A stretch of DNA of 41,601 bases from positions 1 to 41,601 of the IMG/VR virus record IMGVR_UViG_3300005281_000073. One strand, 5' to 3'. The notes beneath the pieces are model-generated. The model was given only the letters and a program-made list of their open reading frames with translations. It had not been told where the DNA came from and made no database searches. Positions 8,504 to 17,654 of this stretch are shown piece by piece. The first letter of the stretch is position 1. Each line of letters starts with the position of its first letter. The translations under genes and the position numbers were made by a program. Source of the stretch: a virus. Lineage: Duplodnaviria > Caudoviricetes.

Positions 8504-8545
8504 GCCTCGCCCCCCCGCATACGCCGCCCGGGCCGGGAAGGACCC
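8504..8545 (-). other. Lambda-like cos site (cosQ and cosN)
   Basis: GGGTCCT (8545-8539, identical to lambda cosQ), 23 nt (same spacing as lambda), then GGGGGGCGAGGC (8515-8504; 8/12 identical to lambda GGGCGGCGACCT). Confidence 0.75.
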
Positions 8546-8651
8546 GAAGCCACCCGGGGGCCGGCGGGGCCGCGCCACTTCTCGCAGCGTGACCCTAAAA
8601 TGCCCGATTTTCCCGCGTTTTGTCGCGCCCAAAGTTCGACGTTCCGAGCCA

Positions 8652-9140
8652 TTAAAGCAACGTCCTCGCGCCGTCTTTTGCGGATTTCGCGGCGGACTTT
8701 GCGGCAATCATTTTCGCGCCGCTTTCCGAGCGGGCCGATTTCCCTTGCTTGTTCAATCGGTTAGCGATGGTCGCCAGCGCGGCGACCCAGCGCCGCCAAG
8801 CGGTCTGCCGAACGCATCCGACGCGAATGGCGATCTGCCGCCAGCGCCAGCCCTCCGCGCGCAGCCAGACAATCCGAGCATCTTCCGGATCCGAAAGCCA
8901 GCGCAGCCATTCCAGGCATTCCTCCATCCGCCTGATGGCCTGCGGGCTCGGCACGACGCGGATGCGAGCATCGTCCCAGCCGTATGCCAGATTAGGATCG
9001 TGCCGGTATTCCGGCCATCCAGATCGATATCCGCGCGGCGTCGAGCCCGGCGGATTCGGCAACCGCCGCAGCGTTCTGGCAGCCTCCTCGAAGCGCTCCT
9101 CGACCATTTTTAGCGTGACCCGTTCCATCGCCCCTTTCAC
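8652..9140 (-). CDS. DUF6362-like protein, probable late-gene regulator (C-terminal HTH)
   Basis: ERFEEAARTLRRLP...GY.S.WP...AIRRMEECLEWLRWL...VWLRAEG.RW..IA...G..RQTAWRRW. Occupies the Q-like position before cos. The start may be 9128. Confidence 0.8.
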   Translation of the reverse strand: MKGAMERVTLKMVEERFEEAARTLRRLPNPPGSTPRGYRSGWPEYRHDPNLAYGWDDARIRVVPSPQAIRRMEECLEWLRWLSDPEDARIVWLRAEGWRWRQIAIRVGCVRQTAWRRWVAALATIANRLNKQGKSARSESGAKMIAAKSAAKSAKDGARTLL

Positions 9141-9164
9141 CCCTTTTTCGAGAGCCCAATTCCG

Positions 9165-9791
9165 CTACGCCCGAACCGCCTCCGGCGGTCGCACGAGACC
9201 CGGAAACCTCCGGGCCAGATCAGCGACGACCGCTGCACGTTCTTCGATGCTGAGAGGCGGCATTTCCACAGGCGCGGCCGGCCTCGCGCGCGCCCGCGCG
9301 ATTACAGGTTCTTTTTTTACTGGTTCTTTTACTGGTTCATCTCCACCCAGGTGGAGATGGTTTAGGCCCCGATTTGGAGATGGTTTAGCCCGCGATTTGG
9401 AGATGGATGCCGATTTTTTCCCCTCGGCTTCCACATCCGGATCACAGGATTTCCGGGCGTTTTCACCATCTCCATTTTGTGGAGGTGGTGCTTTCGTCAG
9501 ATCGACGTCGCAGCCCAGAATGTAGTAGGTCGGGCCGCGCGTTCCGTCCGCATTTCGTGTCCGCCGCCTACGGATGAGGTTAGCCCGCTCGAGCGCATTC
9601 AGCGCGTTATTCAAACCGCCGTTCGACAGGCCTGTCGCCTCGCGAAGTTTCTCCTGGCTCGGAAAGCACGCAGTCTCGGGATCACGCTGGGAATTATGCG
9701 CGTCGCAGAGGTGGAAAAGGACGCGGAACGCGCTGGCGCTTATTGCTTTCGCTGGGATGGTTGCCAGCCAGTGGGACGCTTTGTGGCTCAT
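9165..9791 (-). CDS. Replication initiator (HTH_36-type, lambda O analogue)
   Basis: VLFHLCDAHN...CFPSQEKLREATGLS...LNALERANLIRR wHTH, a KEPVKKEPV linker, and internal iterons. Confidence 0.85.
   Translation of the reverse strand: MSHKASHWLATIPAKAISASAFRVLFHLCDAHNSQRDPETACFPSQEKLREATGLSNGGLNNALNALERANLIRRRRTRNADGTRGPTYYILGCDVDLTKAPPPQNGDGENARKSCDPDVEAEGKKSASISKSRAKPSPNRGLNHLHLGGDEPVKEPVKKEPVIARARARPAAPVEMPPLSIEERAAVVADLARRFPGLVRPPEAVRA
9305..9490. repeat. Putative replication origin (iterons plus T-rich tract) inside the initiator gene
   Basis: TGGAGATGG at 9352, 9375 and 9398 (23-bp period); inverted CATCTCCA at 9338 and 9467; adjacent repeated GGTTCTTTT...ACT tract. Confidence 0.75.
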
Positions 9792-9929
9792 AGCATAGAG
9801 ATCCCCACCCTACGTTTTCGGTTACTCCGAAAGGCGTAGGCGACTCCCTCCATGGCGGCATGGCGGGCCATGGCGTCCGGCTGCACGCCACCCCGCCGTT
9901 TGCGGATTGTTCCGAGCGGAAATGCCTTT

Positions 9930-10301
9930 TCAGGCGGGATTGCAGATCGGCTCCAGCACCAGGTCAACGCGGCCGCGCGGATCCCGCTCGCCTCGAGCGA
10001 GCACCAGCTGCCAGCGCGCGTCGTTGATGCCGATGACGTCCGCGACGCCATCGAGCCCCGACTTTATCGCGGCGAGCATGTTGTCCATATCCCGGTGCCG
10101 ACCGTCCGGCGGATGGAAGGTAATGCGGACGATGAGCGCCTGCGCCTCGATGCGACGCACGCCGGCCACGATGGTCGCCCAGGCGCAATCCGCCCGATAC
10201 TTCCTGCGCTTGCCGACGACCGCCAGCCGGTGCTTGCGGTCGTTCGGCGAAAGTCCTCGCGGCGGCCATGGCAGCGATATGGCGTAAGTCCTGCCAGTCA
10301 T
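9930..10301 (-). CDS. rusA: RusA-like Holliday junction resolvase
   Basis: ISLPWPP..LSPN...ITFHPPD.R.RDMDNMLAAIKSGLDGVAD.IGIND. ATG 10301 overlaps the upstream stop. Confidence 0.85.
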   Translation of the reverse strand: MTGRTYAISLPWPPRGLSPNDRKHRLAVVGKRRKYRADCAWATIVAGVRRIEAQALIVRITFHPPDGRHRDMDNMLAAIKSGLDGVADVIGINDARWQLVLARGERDPRGRVDLVLEPICNPA

Positions 10302-11017
10302 GCGAACAGATCGCCCTCCACGAGCCGCTCCCCGTCCGTGCGATCCATGAAGCGAAATGCGGGCTCCGCGCCGATCCAGTCCCGATCCCAGACGAACCAT
10401 GCGTGCTGATGCGGCGGCGACTTCTCGCCCGAGAAATCCAGCCGCCAACGGAGCAGATAGCAGTAGGAAAACGGATGCCGATCGAGGATGCGGCCGAGGC
10501 CGGCCGCCGCCGGCCACTGCCAATTGAGCAGCAGCGCGCAATAGCGCCAGCCGGGCATGGCGAGCGTATGCTCGAGCCAGCGCCAGCGGCCGTGGCTGTT
10601 GATTTCCGCATAGGGAGGATTCGTGACGATGGCCGGTGCCGGCGCGCGGTCGAAATCGTAGAAATCGCGGACCTCGACGCCAGGGCATCCGTGGTCGGCG
10701 ATATCCGACACGATGCACGGCACGCCGAAAGCCTCGATTTCCCGCGCCATATGGCCTAAGCCGGCCGCTGGCTCCCAGACGGCACCGAGATATCGGATCC
10801 GCGCGCCATCCCGGGCCAGCAGGCCGCGAATAGCCCGCAGATCAGTCGTCGGATAAAAATCCAGAGCATTCCGCTCGGATTGCCCCGCTTTCCCGCCTGT
10901 CAGCCCCGCCTGTGCGTTTTCTTGCGTCGCCAAGGTGAGAGAGCCGGAAATTATTTCTGCGCGTCCACGGCCCTGTCTGGCCCGAAAAAACGCCTTTGCG
11001 CTGGGCGGCGTTTTCAT
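10298..11017 (-). CDS. Small SAM-dependent DNA methyltransferase (NPPY)
   Basis: DFYPT, WEPAAGLG (motif I), SDI, RDF and IVTNPPY. Confidence 0.85.
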   Translation of the reverse strand: MKTPPSAKAFFRARQGRGRAEIISGSLTLATQENAQAGLTGGKAGQSERNALDFYPTTDLRAIRGLLARDGARIRYLGAVWEPAAGLGHMAREIEAFGVPCIVSDIADHGCPGVEVRDFYDFDRAPAPAIVTNPPYAEINSHGRWRWLEHTLAMPGWRYCALLLNWQWPAAAGLGRILDRHPFSYCYLLRWRLDFSGEKSPPHQHAWFVWDRDWIGAEPAFRFMDRTDGERLVEGDLFA

Positions 11018-11223
11018 TCGCTCCGCCCCAGCGCATCGTCATACGCATGGAGCGCCCGAGCCAGCTGCTCGGCCGCCCTCATCGTACCCGGGGAAAGAAT
11101 GCCGCCATTGCCGCCGACAAGACGGCCGCCAACGATGGACCCGCGACCGTCGACCATGACGCGCTCGAGCAGATCCCGAGCCCGAGCTATCACCGCCGCC
11201 GCGGCGTCCGGAAAATCCTGCAT
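11014..11223 (-). CDS. Hypothetical protein (69 aa)
   Basis: MQDFPDAAAAVIARARDLL...; stop overlaps the next start (ATGA). Confidence 0.65.
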   Translation of the reverse strand: MQDFPDAAAAVIARARDLLERVMVDGRGSIVGGRLVGGNGGILSPGTMRAAEQLARALHAYDDALGRSE

Positions 11224-11245
11224 CGCTCGCCCGCCCCGCCGACCG

Positions 11246-11860
11246 TCAGGCCCCGCCCCCGTCGATTTCCGCCAGCGCAGCGGCACGGGCCGCGTTCAGC
11301 TCCGCCATGGCCTCATCCGAGCCGCCGGGCATATCCGGATGCCGCTCGCGCGCCAGGCGCCGATATTCCGCCTCGATGAAATCCCGCATGGCCGCCTCGT
11401 TCGTGATGGCGCCATGCACGCCGAATACCTCGCGCCACGGCCGCGGCTTTGCCTCGCCCGCCGGAGGCGGAAGCGCCATGAAACCGCGAAAGCCAGCGCG
11501 GACGATGTGGAGCCCGCCATAGCGCATCTCCTGCCGGCGGCCCTCGAGAATCATGTAGACGGCGCGCAGGTTTGCCGCGACGTCCGTATAGCGGTCGATG
11601 GCAATGCAGCGCTGGGCGCCGTCCCAATCGAAATAGACCGCAACGCCCGGATCAGACGGATGGCTGTCCCCGAGCGTCACATTCGACGAAATCACCAGAT
11701 TGCGGATCGGCATTCCCGTGTCGCGGCCGAACAGCCGGAGCGAGTCCTGCAGATCGGATACGGCGCGCGACATGGACACCCGAAACGGCGATTTCGTGCG
11801 CAGCTTTGTCCTGGGCAGCCCTTCCGGCCACGCCAGCGGATAAGCATGCGGCGTCGTCAT
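11246..11860 (-). CDS. J-domain (DnaJ-like) phage protein
   Basis: AYPLAWPEG.PRT N-terminus, VISSN, DPGVAVYF, and a C-terminal YRRLARERHPDMPGGS with the HPD motif. Confidence 0.9.
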   Translation of the reverse strand: MTTPHAYPLAWPEGLPRTKLRTKSPFRVSMSRAVSDLQDSLRLFGRDTGMPIRNLVISSNVTLGDSHPSDPGVAVYFDWDGAQRCIAIDRYTDVAANLRAVYMILEGRRQEMRYGGLHIVRAGFRGFMALPPPAGEAKPRPWREVFGVHGAITNEAAMRDFIEAEYRRLARERHPDMPGGSDEAMAELNAARAAALAEIDGGGA

Positions 11861-12189
11861 CCCGACATTGCTCCTATTGCCTTTAGAAGCAGGCGGACGA
11901 TCTCGACGGTGCCAACGCCGGTGGCGAGCAGCAGATAAAACCCCAGCAGAGCCCACCAGCGGTCGCGCTTCCGAACGCGTCGGGCCGCGCGGCCTGCCAC
12001 CTCAAAGCCGGCGACGATGCCCGCCCGCTGCAGAGCGAGCACGGCGCGCACATCGTCGGCGTTGCCCAGCGCCACCAGCTGCTTGCACGCCGCGACGATC
12101 TCCGGCCCGCTGTAGAGATCCGGATGCGCCACGACCTCACGGGCATGGCGGAGATCCGACCGCGGAAAATCAACCACGTTGCCCCCCAT
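11857..12189 (-). CDS. Hypothetical membrane protein
   Basis: MGGNVVDFP...; C-terminal TM segment WWALLGFYLLLATGVGTVEIV; coupled to the next gene. Confidence 0.7.
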   Translation of the reverse strand: MGGNVVDFPRSDLRHAREVVAHPDLYSGPEIVAACKQLVALGNADDVRAVLALQRAGIVAGFEVAGRAARRVRKRDRWWALLGFYLLLATGVGTVEIVRLLLKAIGAMSG

Positions 12190-12200
12190 GACTGCGCCCG

Positions 12201-12437
12201 TCACCTTTTGCCCCCATTCGCGGCCCGCACGGCCCGCTCCTCCTGCTGGCGCAGCCATTCCTGCACCGCGCCGCGGCGATAGAGCACGCGCCGCCCGACG
12301 CGGACGCACGGCGGGCCGATCCGCCGCGTCTCCCAGCGCGCAAGCGTGTCGACGGAGAGCTTCAGCTCCCGCGCCAGCTCCTCGCGGCTCATCCAGTCAT
12401 CGAGCAGACCACCGGGCTTTTCGTTCGCTGCGTTCAT
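12201..12437 (-). CDS. Excisionase/AlpA-like HTH protein
   Basis: WMSREELARELKLSVDTLARWETRRIGPPCVRVGRRVLYRRGAVQEWL; GGAGG RBS; close to the integrase. Confidence 0.85.
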   Translation of the reverse strand: MNAANEKPGGLLDDWMSREELARELKLSVDTLARWETRRIGPPCVRVGRRVLYRRGAVQEWLRQQEERAVRAANGGKR

Positions 12438-12507
12438 GCGTCCTCCGAAACGCGGCCATCCTGGCCGCCATCCGCGCCCGAGAATGCAATTCGCCGACCG
12501 CTGGCGT

Positions 12508-12550
12508 GATGGCGGGAGGTGGCACGGCTGCGCCGCCACTACGCCACCTT
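12508..12550. promoter_or_regulatory. Inverted operator-like pair GAGGTGGC-N19-GCCACCTT upstream of the xis-like gene
   Basis: 12516-12523 and 12543-12550; one of five similar sites. Confidence 0.6.
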
Positions 12551-12718
12551 GCAAGGTCTGCACGCTGATTTTTTCCCGCAGTTACAGGGACTTAATTGTT
12601 TCCAATCTTGATTTAATCCGCATTCAGTGGCATTAGTCCGCATACGGATTAATTGCATGGGCAACTAATGGGACGAATCTGGCCCGTGGCACCCGCCCAG
12701 ATGAAACAGGAGGAATAA

Positions 12719-13324
12719 ATGGGTCTGCCGCCGCGCTACGCTTATCCGCTTTACGAAGTGGCGCTTCGCTGGGGATGCACGATTACGGATCTGGCCGAAT
12801 GGGCAACCATGGGCCAATTCGATCTCGTGACGGGAGTTCCTCGCATCTGCAGCGACGGCAAGCCGGTGGCCGGCATGGTGGCGTTGAATGCAGCCGACAT
12901 GCTGCCGATGTTCCGGCGCGATGGCAGCGGCCCCAGCGAGATCCGCGTCTTTCGCGTCCGGAAGCTCGACGCTCCGAGAGACGACTGGCTATTCATCTCC
13001 GAGCCCGCGGACGGCATCATTGTTCACCGGGCCGATATACTGATTACCGCCGCGGACGTGGCGCAATTCGAGGAATCCCACGAGCTGTCGCGCAAGCCCT
13101 CGAGCGCGGCCCCCACCTCGAAATACGACTGGGATGCGTTCTATGTCGCGGTGATCAAGCGCATTTACGAGCACGGCCTGCCCGATACGCAGGCCGAATT
13201 CGTGGCCGAATTCCAGGAATGGTTCTCCCGCCGCGATCCCAACGGCGAGATGCCGGACGAGCGAACCGTCCGGCGCCGCATCAATCCGATATGGCGCGCC
13301 CTGCGCGACTCGCAGGCGACATGA
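12719..13324 (+). CDS. Integrase-associated hypothetical protein, probably DNA-binding (candidate repressor)
   Basis: AGGAGG RBS; N-terminal YPLYEVALRWGC and C-terminal KYDWD...PDERTVRRRI wHTH-like segment. Divergent from the xis-like gene. Confidence 0.8.
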   Translation: MGLPPRYAYPLYEVALRWGCTITDLAEWATMGQFDLVTGVPRICSDGKPVAGMVALNAADMLPMFRRDGSGPSEIRVFRVRKLDAPRDDWLFISEPADGIIVHRADILITAADVAQFEESHELSRKPSSAAPTSKYDWDAFYVAVIKRIYEHGLPDTQAEFVAEFQEWFSRRDPNGEMPDERTVRRRINPIWRALRDSQAT

Positions 13325-14566
13325 TCACCCAACGACGCGCAGCCGCGGTTTCACCACCTCGGCTACCGTGTTGACCTTGGAGCGCAGCGGCTGGTCGACC
13401 AGATGCGCATAGCGCTCTGTGGTCTTGCTCTGCGTATGCCCAAGCAGCTTGCCGATCATGAGCAGAGAGGCGCCATCGCCCGCCACCAGCGAGGCGAAGG
13501 TGTGCCGCAGGTCGTGGATTCGGACCTGCCGCGGCAGACCCGCCTTTTTGCGGACCCGATCCCAGAACTTCCGCAGATCCTGCACCGGCTGGTCCTTGTC
13601 CTTGGCATCGCCCGGGAAAAGCCACGGACAGCCCGGCGGCACGGCCGCGCGCCGCTCCCGCACGATGGCCGCGACGTCCTGGGAGATCGGCCTCCGGTGC
13701 ACCTTCCGCTGCTTGGTGTTGGTGGCCTGCTTCATCCAGTACATGAGATGCAGGTTGAACTCCTCGAAGCGAGCGCACCGCACCTCGCCCAGCCGAGCGC
13801 CGGTGAGCAGACACATGCGGATGATGGCCGTCCCGCGCTGGTCCTCGTCCTCCGCCAGCGCGGAAGCCAGCCGGTCGATTTCCGGCAGCGTGAGGAAGTA
13901 TTCGCGCTCGTTTTCCGGATTGCGCCGGAAGCCCGAGGCGGGATTTTCCGTACACATCTTCCACCGGATGCCGCAGTTGAACATCTTCCGGACCACCTCG
14001 CCGACGCGGTTAGCGCGGATCGGCGTCGGGCGCGCCGCCGCCAGCGGCTTTTTCCGCTTCCGCTTCGGATTCGCCTTGTGCGGACGCGGCCGCCCCTCGG
14101 CCACCTTGCGCAGCAGCCGGTCGATATGGCCCGGCGTCACCTCGTCCAGAAGCATATGACCGATTTCCGGCTCCACGCGCTTTTTCAGGATGGACACCTG
14201 ATCCGAGCCATGGCGCGGCGCCAGCTTCGGCACGTGCTCCTCGATGTAGCGATTGATGAGATCCGAGACACGCGGCGCCGTCCGCGCCTCCTCCCGCTCG
14301 AGCAGCGGATCCTTCCCCGCATCGATCTCGCGGCGGAGGAACTTCGCCCGCTCCCGAGCGGCAACCACGGACCACTCCGGCCAGCGGCCGATCACCATGC
14401 GGCGCTGGCGGCCGCAATGGCGATAGGACAGCGCGAATGACTTGGCGCCGGATCGGTACACAGCCAGCGCAAAGCCCCGCACCTCGTCGTCGAAAACTTG
14501 ATAGTCGTCGGACCGCGGCTCCGCGGCCCGCACGAATTTCTCGGTGAGCTTGACGCGCACCGGCAT
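13325..14566 (-). CDS. int: Tyrosine integrase with N-terminal arm-DNA-binding domain
   Basis: LLTGARLGE (R), HDLRHTFAS (H-x-x-R), LLGH...TERYAH (H, Y). N-terminal D....GF.L.V..SG.KSF...YR..GRQRR..IG.WP. Confidence 0.97.
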   Translation of the reverse strand: MPVRVKLTEKFVRAAEPRSDDYQVFDDEVRGFALAVYRSGAKSFALSYRHCGRQRRMVIGRWPEWSVVAARERAKFLRREIDAGKDPLLEREEARTAPRVSDLINRYIEEHVPKLAPRHGSDQVSILKKRVEPEIGHMLLDEVTPGHIDRLLRKVAEGRPRPHKANPKRKRKKPLAAARPTPIRANRVGEVVRKMFNCGIRWKMCTENPASGFRRNPENEREYFLTLPEIDRLASALAEDEDQRGTAIIRMCLLTGARLGEVRCARFEEFNLHLMYWMKQATNTKQRKVHRRPISQDVAAIVRERRAAVPPGCPWLFPGDAKDKDQPVQDLRKFWDRVRKKAGLPRQVRIHDLRHTFASLVAGDGASLLMIGKLLGHTQSKTTERYAHLVDQPLRSKVNTVAEVVKPRLRVVG

Positions 14567-14611
14567 TGCATCCCCCCTTTTTGAACCTCCCGAATGCAAA
14601 GGTCGTCTGTC

Positions 14612-14638
14612 CTTGCTCGACGGAATGCGTCGAGCAAG
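14612..14638. promoter_or_regulatory. Perfect 11-bp hairpin in the integrase leader
   Basis: CTTGCTCGACG-GAATG-CGTCGAGCAAG. Confidence 0.5.
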
Positions 14639-14711
14639 TCCGAAAACGCGAGATGTCCAGAGGATCAGCGCCAGACCGATTCAGCCCGCGCGCCACAAAC
14701 GACAACGTCCA

Positions 14712-15674
14712 TCAAAACGCCAGCCCCATTGTGCGCTGGAAATCCGCATCTGATAATTCATCGCCAAACTGGCGGACCTTCGGAAATTCGTCATGCTGCC
14801 GACCGTCGAGCAGCCGCCCGGCGCGTGCCTTGCCGACGCGCGCGCTATAGCAGCCACCGCCCCACGATTTCAGATCGCGGCAATCCGACCACTGTATGCG
14901 GCCTGGACCGCCGCCGACCCACTCGCCCCACTGCTTGAAGAAGAACGGAACGCCATGGCGGCCGCACTGATAGCGCAGCGACCGCACCCAATCCGGATGC
15001 GTCGGCCTCGCGTTCAGCCCGCTCTCCCCGCCGCAAATGACCCATTCAATCCGATTCAGGAGACGCGAGTCGAAGGCAGAGAAATGCGCCCACTCCACCA
15101 GCGGCTGCCGCGCCCACGGCGCCCGGCCCCTGATGTTGAGAAGGTTCACCGGCCCCAGCAGCGGCTCACACGAAACGAACCGCACGGCAGCGTCGTGTTT
15201 CAGCAGATGCGGGATATTGACCTCCGCGCGCCGCTGGTCCTCGACCGTGGTGCCGAGCCACACGTGGCCCCTCACCTCATCCCAGAACTCCGGGAGCATG
15301 CGGCCGATATTCTGCGGCCGCTTGGTGAGCAGCAGCCAGTCGAGATCCGGCGTCTCGCGGATGAGCCGCCAGAGATCGGACCGCCAATCCACCGGCACAT
15401 GGTTGTCGAACACGTCCGCCAGCGAAGCGCAGAACACGCGCCGCCGGCGGCCATGCCTGGCGTAGAATTCCGCCGCTTGCTTCTGCCAGCGCAGCGGCTG
15501 CGTCCAGGTCGAGGCGGACGTGCGCTTTCGCTCGCCGCCCCACTCCACGAGGCCGAACCGTCGCGCAGCCAGCGCCTCCGCATAGCAATGGTCGCACGCC
15601 GGCGAGACTTTCGTGCAGCCTATCCACGGATTGAACGTCGAGTCCGTCCACTCGATCGCCGAACGTTCAGCCAT
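14712..15674 (-). CDS. Phage Gp37/Gp68 (DUF5131) radical-SAM-like protein
   Basis: SAIEWTD.TFNPWIGCTKVSPACDHCYA, RVFCASLADVFD, LLTKRP, SCEPLLG, WVICGGESG and PFFFKQWG. Confidence 0.93.
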   Translation of the reverse strand: MAERSAIEWTDSTFNPWIGCTKVSPACDHCYAEALAARRFGLVEWGGERKRTSASTWTQPLRWQKQAAEFYARHGRRRRVFCASLADVFDNHVPVDWRSDLWRLIRETPDLDWLLLTKRPQNIGRMLPEFWDEVRGHVWLGTTVEDQRRAEVNIPHLLKHDAAVRFVSCEPLLGPVNLLNIRGRAPWARQPLVEWAHFSAFDSRLLNRIEWVICGGESGLNARPTHPDWVRSLRYQCGRHGVPFFFKQWGEWVGGGPGRIQWSDCRDLKSWGGGCYSARVGKARAGRLLDGRQHDEFPKVRQFGDELSDADFQRTMGLAF

Positions 15675-15978
15675 CGCCCGGCTCCAGCATCATGGCGCCC
15701 AGCGCAGCCTGCAGAGTTTTGAGCGCCGCCTCAGTTTCCGCCAGGCGCGCCTGCCGATATTCAATCTCCGCCACGTGGTCGTCGCGCAGAGCCATGAGCC
15801 GCGAAATCCGACTTTCCAGCTCGGCGCGAACCGCCTCAACGCATTGCTCCGGGATTTTCTCATCTCGCGAAGCCGAAGCGCCGGGAAGCAGCTCCTCCGG
15901 CTCCAACTCGATGAGAGGCTGCGCCTCGAGCGCGCCGCCGCCATCGGTCCGGAAAAGCCGATCCATGACGCCCATCAT
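15667..15978 (-). CDS. Hypothetical coiled-coil protein (103 aa)
   Basis: ATGA overlap with the upstream gene; heptad-like C-terminal half. Confidence 0.7.
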   Translation of the reverse strand: MMGVMDRLFRTDGGGALEAQPLIELEPEELLPGASASRDEKIPEQCVEAVRAELESRISRLMALRDDHVAEIEYRQARLAETEAALKTLQAALGAMMLEPGDG

Positions 15979-16232
15979 GGCCGCGCCTCCCGCCCGGCCT
16001 GCGGCGACCGCCGCCGCGACTCCATCAGCGCCATGAGCCGCGCATCGGCGACGGCCCGCAGAAGGTCCGCCGCCAGCGCCTCGAAATCCTCCACGCCGCT
16101 GCTGCACGTGAAAATCGGCCTCGCGGGATCCCGGCCATCCTTCATCGCCAGCCCAATCACCGGCCTGCCGTCGACCACAGCAGCGCGGAGCCGATAGAGC
16201 ACCGCTCCGTTTTTCGTCGTGCTTTCGTGCAT
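15975..16232 (-). CDS. Hypothetical protein (85 aa)
   Basis: MHESTTKNGAVLYRLRAAVVDG...; GGGGA RBS; coupled to the downstream gene. Confidence 0.65.
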   Translation of the reverse strand: MHESTTKNGAVLYRLRAAVVDGRPVIGLAMKDGRDPARPIFTCSSGVEDFEALAADLLRAVADARLMALMESRRRSPQAGREARP

Positions 16233-16257
16233 GGTTTCCCCCACCCCTGGCACACGA

Positions 16258-17067
16258 CTATCGGCGTCCGTAGAACAGCGGCACGCCCGTGGCCTCGACG
16301 ATCTCCGCCGCGATGAGACGGAAATGAGAGAGGCGCTGATACTCGACGCGGCGCCACTCGAAGCCGAGCAGGAGCCCGTCCGGCGTCACACGGAAGCGCA
16401 GCGCCGCATCCAGCTCCACCGGCCCCTCGCCCTGGAAAAGCGGAATGGACAGTTTGAAGCGCTGCGGCACATGCAGGTCGCCTTTGACGTGCGTTTCAGT
16501 TTCGTAGACGAATTTCCGGTCGCCGTTTTCGAGCCGCGTTGACGACTTGAAGGACGCGCCCTGCGTCGCCTCGAGATCCCGCGAGATTTCGATCATCGTG
16601 GCCGCTTCCGGATCGAGAATGTCCGCCGCATTCTCCTCGAGGAAGGCCGCGAATTCCGCCTGCGGATGCAGCTCGCCCTCGAACTTGTCCCAGCGCCTCC
16701 ATTCCTCGGACGGCCGCAGCGAGAACCTTGCACGGTGCCTGTCCGCGCCGACCGGGCCGGGCTCCTTCATATCCGTGGAGCCGCCGTGATAGTCGATGAA
16801 CGCCGTGATCGAGAACGTGTCGAAATCGGCCATCAGGACGGTGCCCGACTGCGCAAAACGCTTGAGGTAATCGATCAGCGACTGCTTCTCATCGATGGCA
16901 ACGGTGCTGCGGGCAAACCTGTCGAGCCGCTCCGGATCCGTGATGTTTTCCAGCGCCATGCTGCTGGGCACAAAGGCGAACTCGCGCCCGTCCTCCGTCT
17001 TAATGACCGGATTAGCCAGGCGGGCCGCCTCGAGCGCCACCTCGAAATCGTTGCGCGCGTTTTCCAT
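16258..17067 (-). CDS. DUF2303 (YfdQ-like) protein
   Basis: AFIDYH, SEEWRRW, Q.EFA.FLEEN, and VPQRFKLSIPLFQG....L.A.LRFR. Confidence 0.88.
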   Translation of the reverse strand: MENARNDFEVALEAARLANPVIKTEDGREFAFVPSSMALENITDPERLDRFARSTVAIDEKQSLIDYLKRFAQSGTVLMADFDTFSITAFIDYHGGSTDMKEPGPVGADRHRARFSLRPSEEWRRWDKFEGELHPQAEFAAFLEENAADILDPEAATMIEISRDLEATQGASFKSSTRLENGDRKFVYETETHVKGDLHVPQRFKLSIPLFQGEGPVELDAALRFRVTPDGLLLGFEWRRVEYQRLSHFRLIAAEIVEATGVPLFYGRR

Positions 17068-17092
17068 GGTTCACTCCCCAATGTCGTGGAAA

Positions 17093-17425
17093 TTAGTCGT
17101 TCGCCCGCGCCGCCCGGCGCTCGGCAAGATGGTCCTCAATGTCGAGCTGGTTCGGATCCCGGCGCGTGAGGCGCCCCTCGTGCGAAATGAAGTAGATCCC
17201 GGTGCCGAACTCCCGTTTCGGCTTCTTCGCCGTAACCACCGGCGTGCATTCCAGCTGGCCCGACTTGTTGAGCTTGAACGGCAGCTTGATGGCGATTTCG
17301 CCGCTGCCGCCGGTTTCCTGGATGGCCTCGATCACCTCCGTGAGACGCGCATCCGCCTCGGCGACCAGCATGCCGCGGCGGAACTCGGAGAAGAACTCGA
17401 GGAACGTCATGTCGTGTTTGCTCAT
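17093..17425 (-). CDS. YfdP-like protein (usual partner of DUF2303)
   Basis: F.EF..E.RRG....E....L.EVI.AI.ETG..G.I.I.L...F....G.LTR.DP.Q; ATG at 17425. Confidence 0.8.
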   Translation of the reverse strand: MSKHDMTFLEFFSEFRRGMLVAEADARLTEVIEAIQETGGSGEIAIKLPFKLNKSGQLECTPVVTAKKPKREFGTGIYFISHEGRLTRRDPNQLDIEDHLAERRAARAND

Positions 17426-17602
17426 GCCCGACCCCATTGTGGTGAAAGCGGGCAGAGCTTCGCATCCGGCCGCCTCGGCGGGATGGCGGGAGGTGGCGGA
17501 GCCGTCGCGGAGCGCGCGCCAGCTGGCGCATGGCGGCCACCGCCGGCAATGCGGACAAGATGCCCGGCATGGAGCACCACCAGCCACGAAAGGAGATCGA
17601 CG

Positions 17603-17654
17603 CGCCAGCACGCACAGAAAAAGCCCCAGCACGAGGCTGGGGCTTGTCGTCGAC
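17603..17654 (-). terminator. Intrinsic terminator within a 52-bp direct repeat (copy 1)
   Basis: Minus strand AAGCCCCAGC-CTCGT-GCTGGGGCTT-TTTCT; identical to 19047..19098. Confidence 0.85.

Noticed and set aside
9788-9930. Small gene between rusA and the initiator
   Set aside because: An open frame ends at the initiator start, but it has no convincing start codon, RBS or motif.
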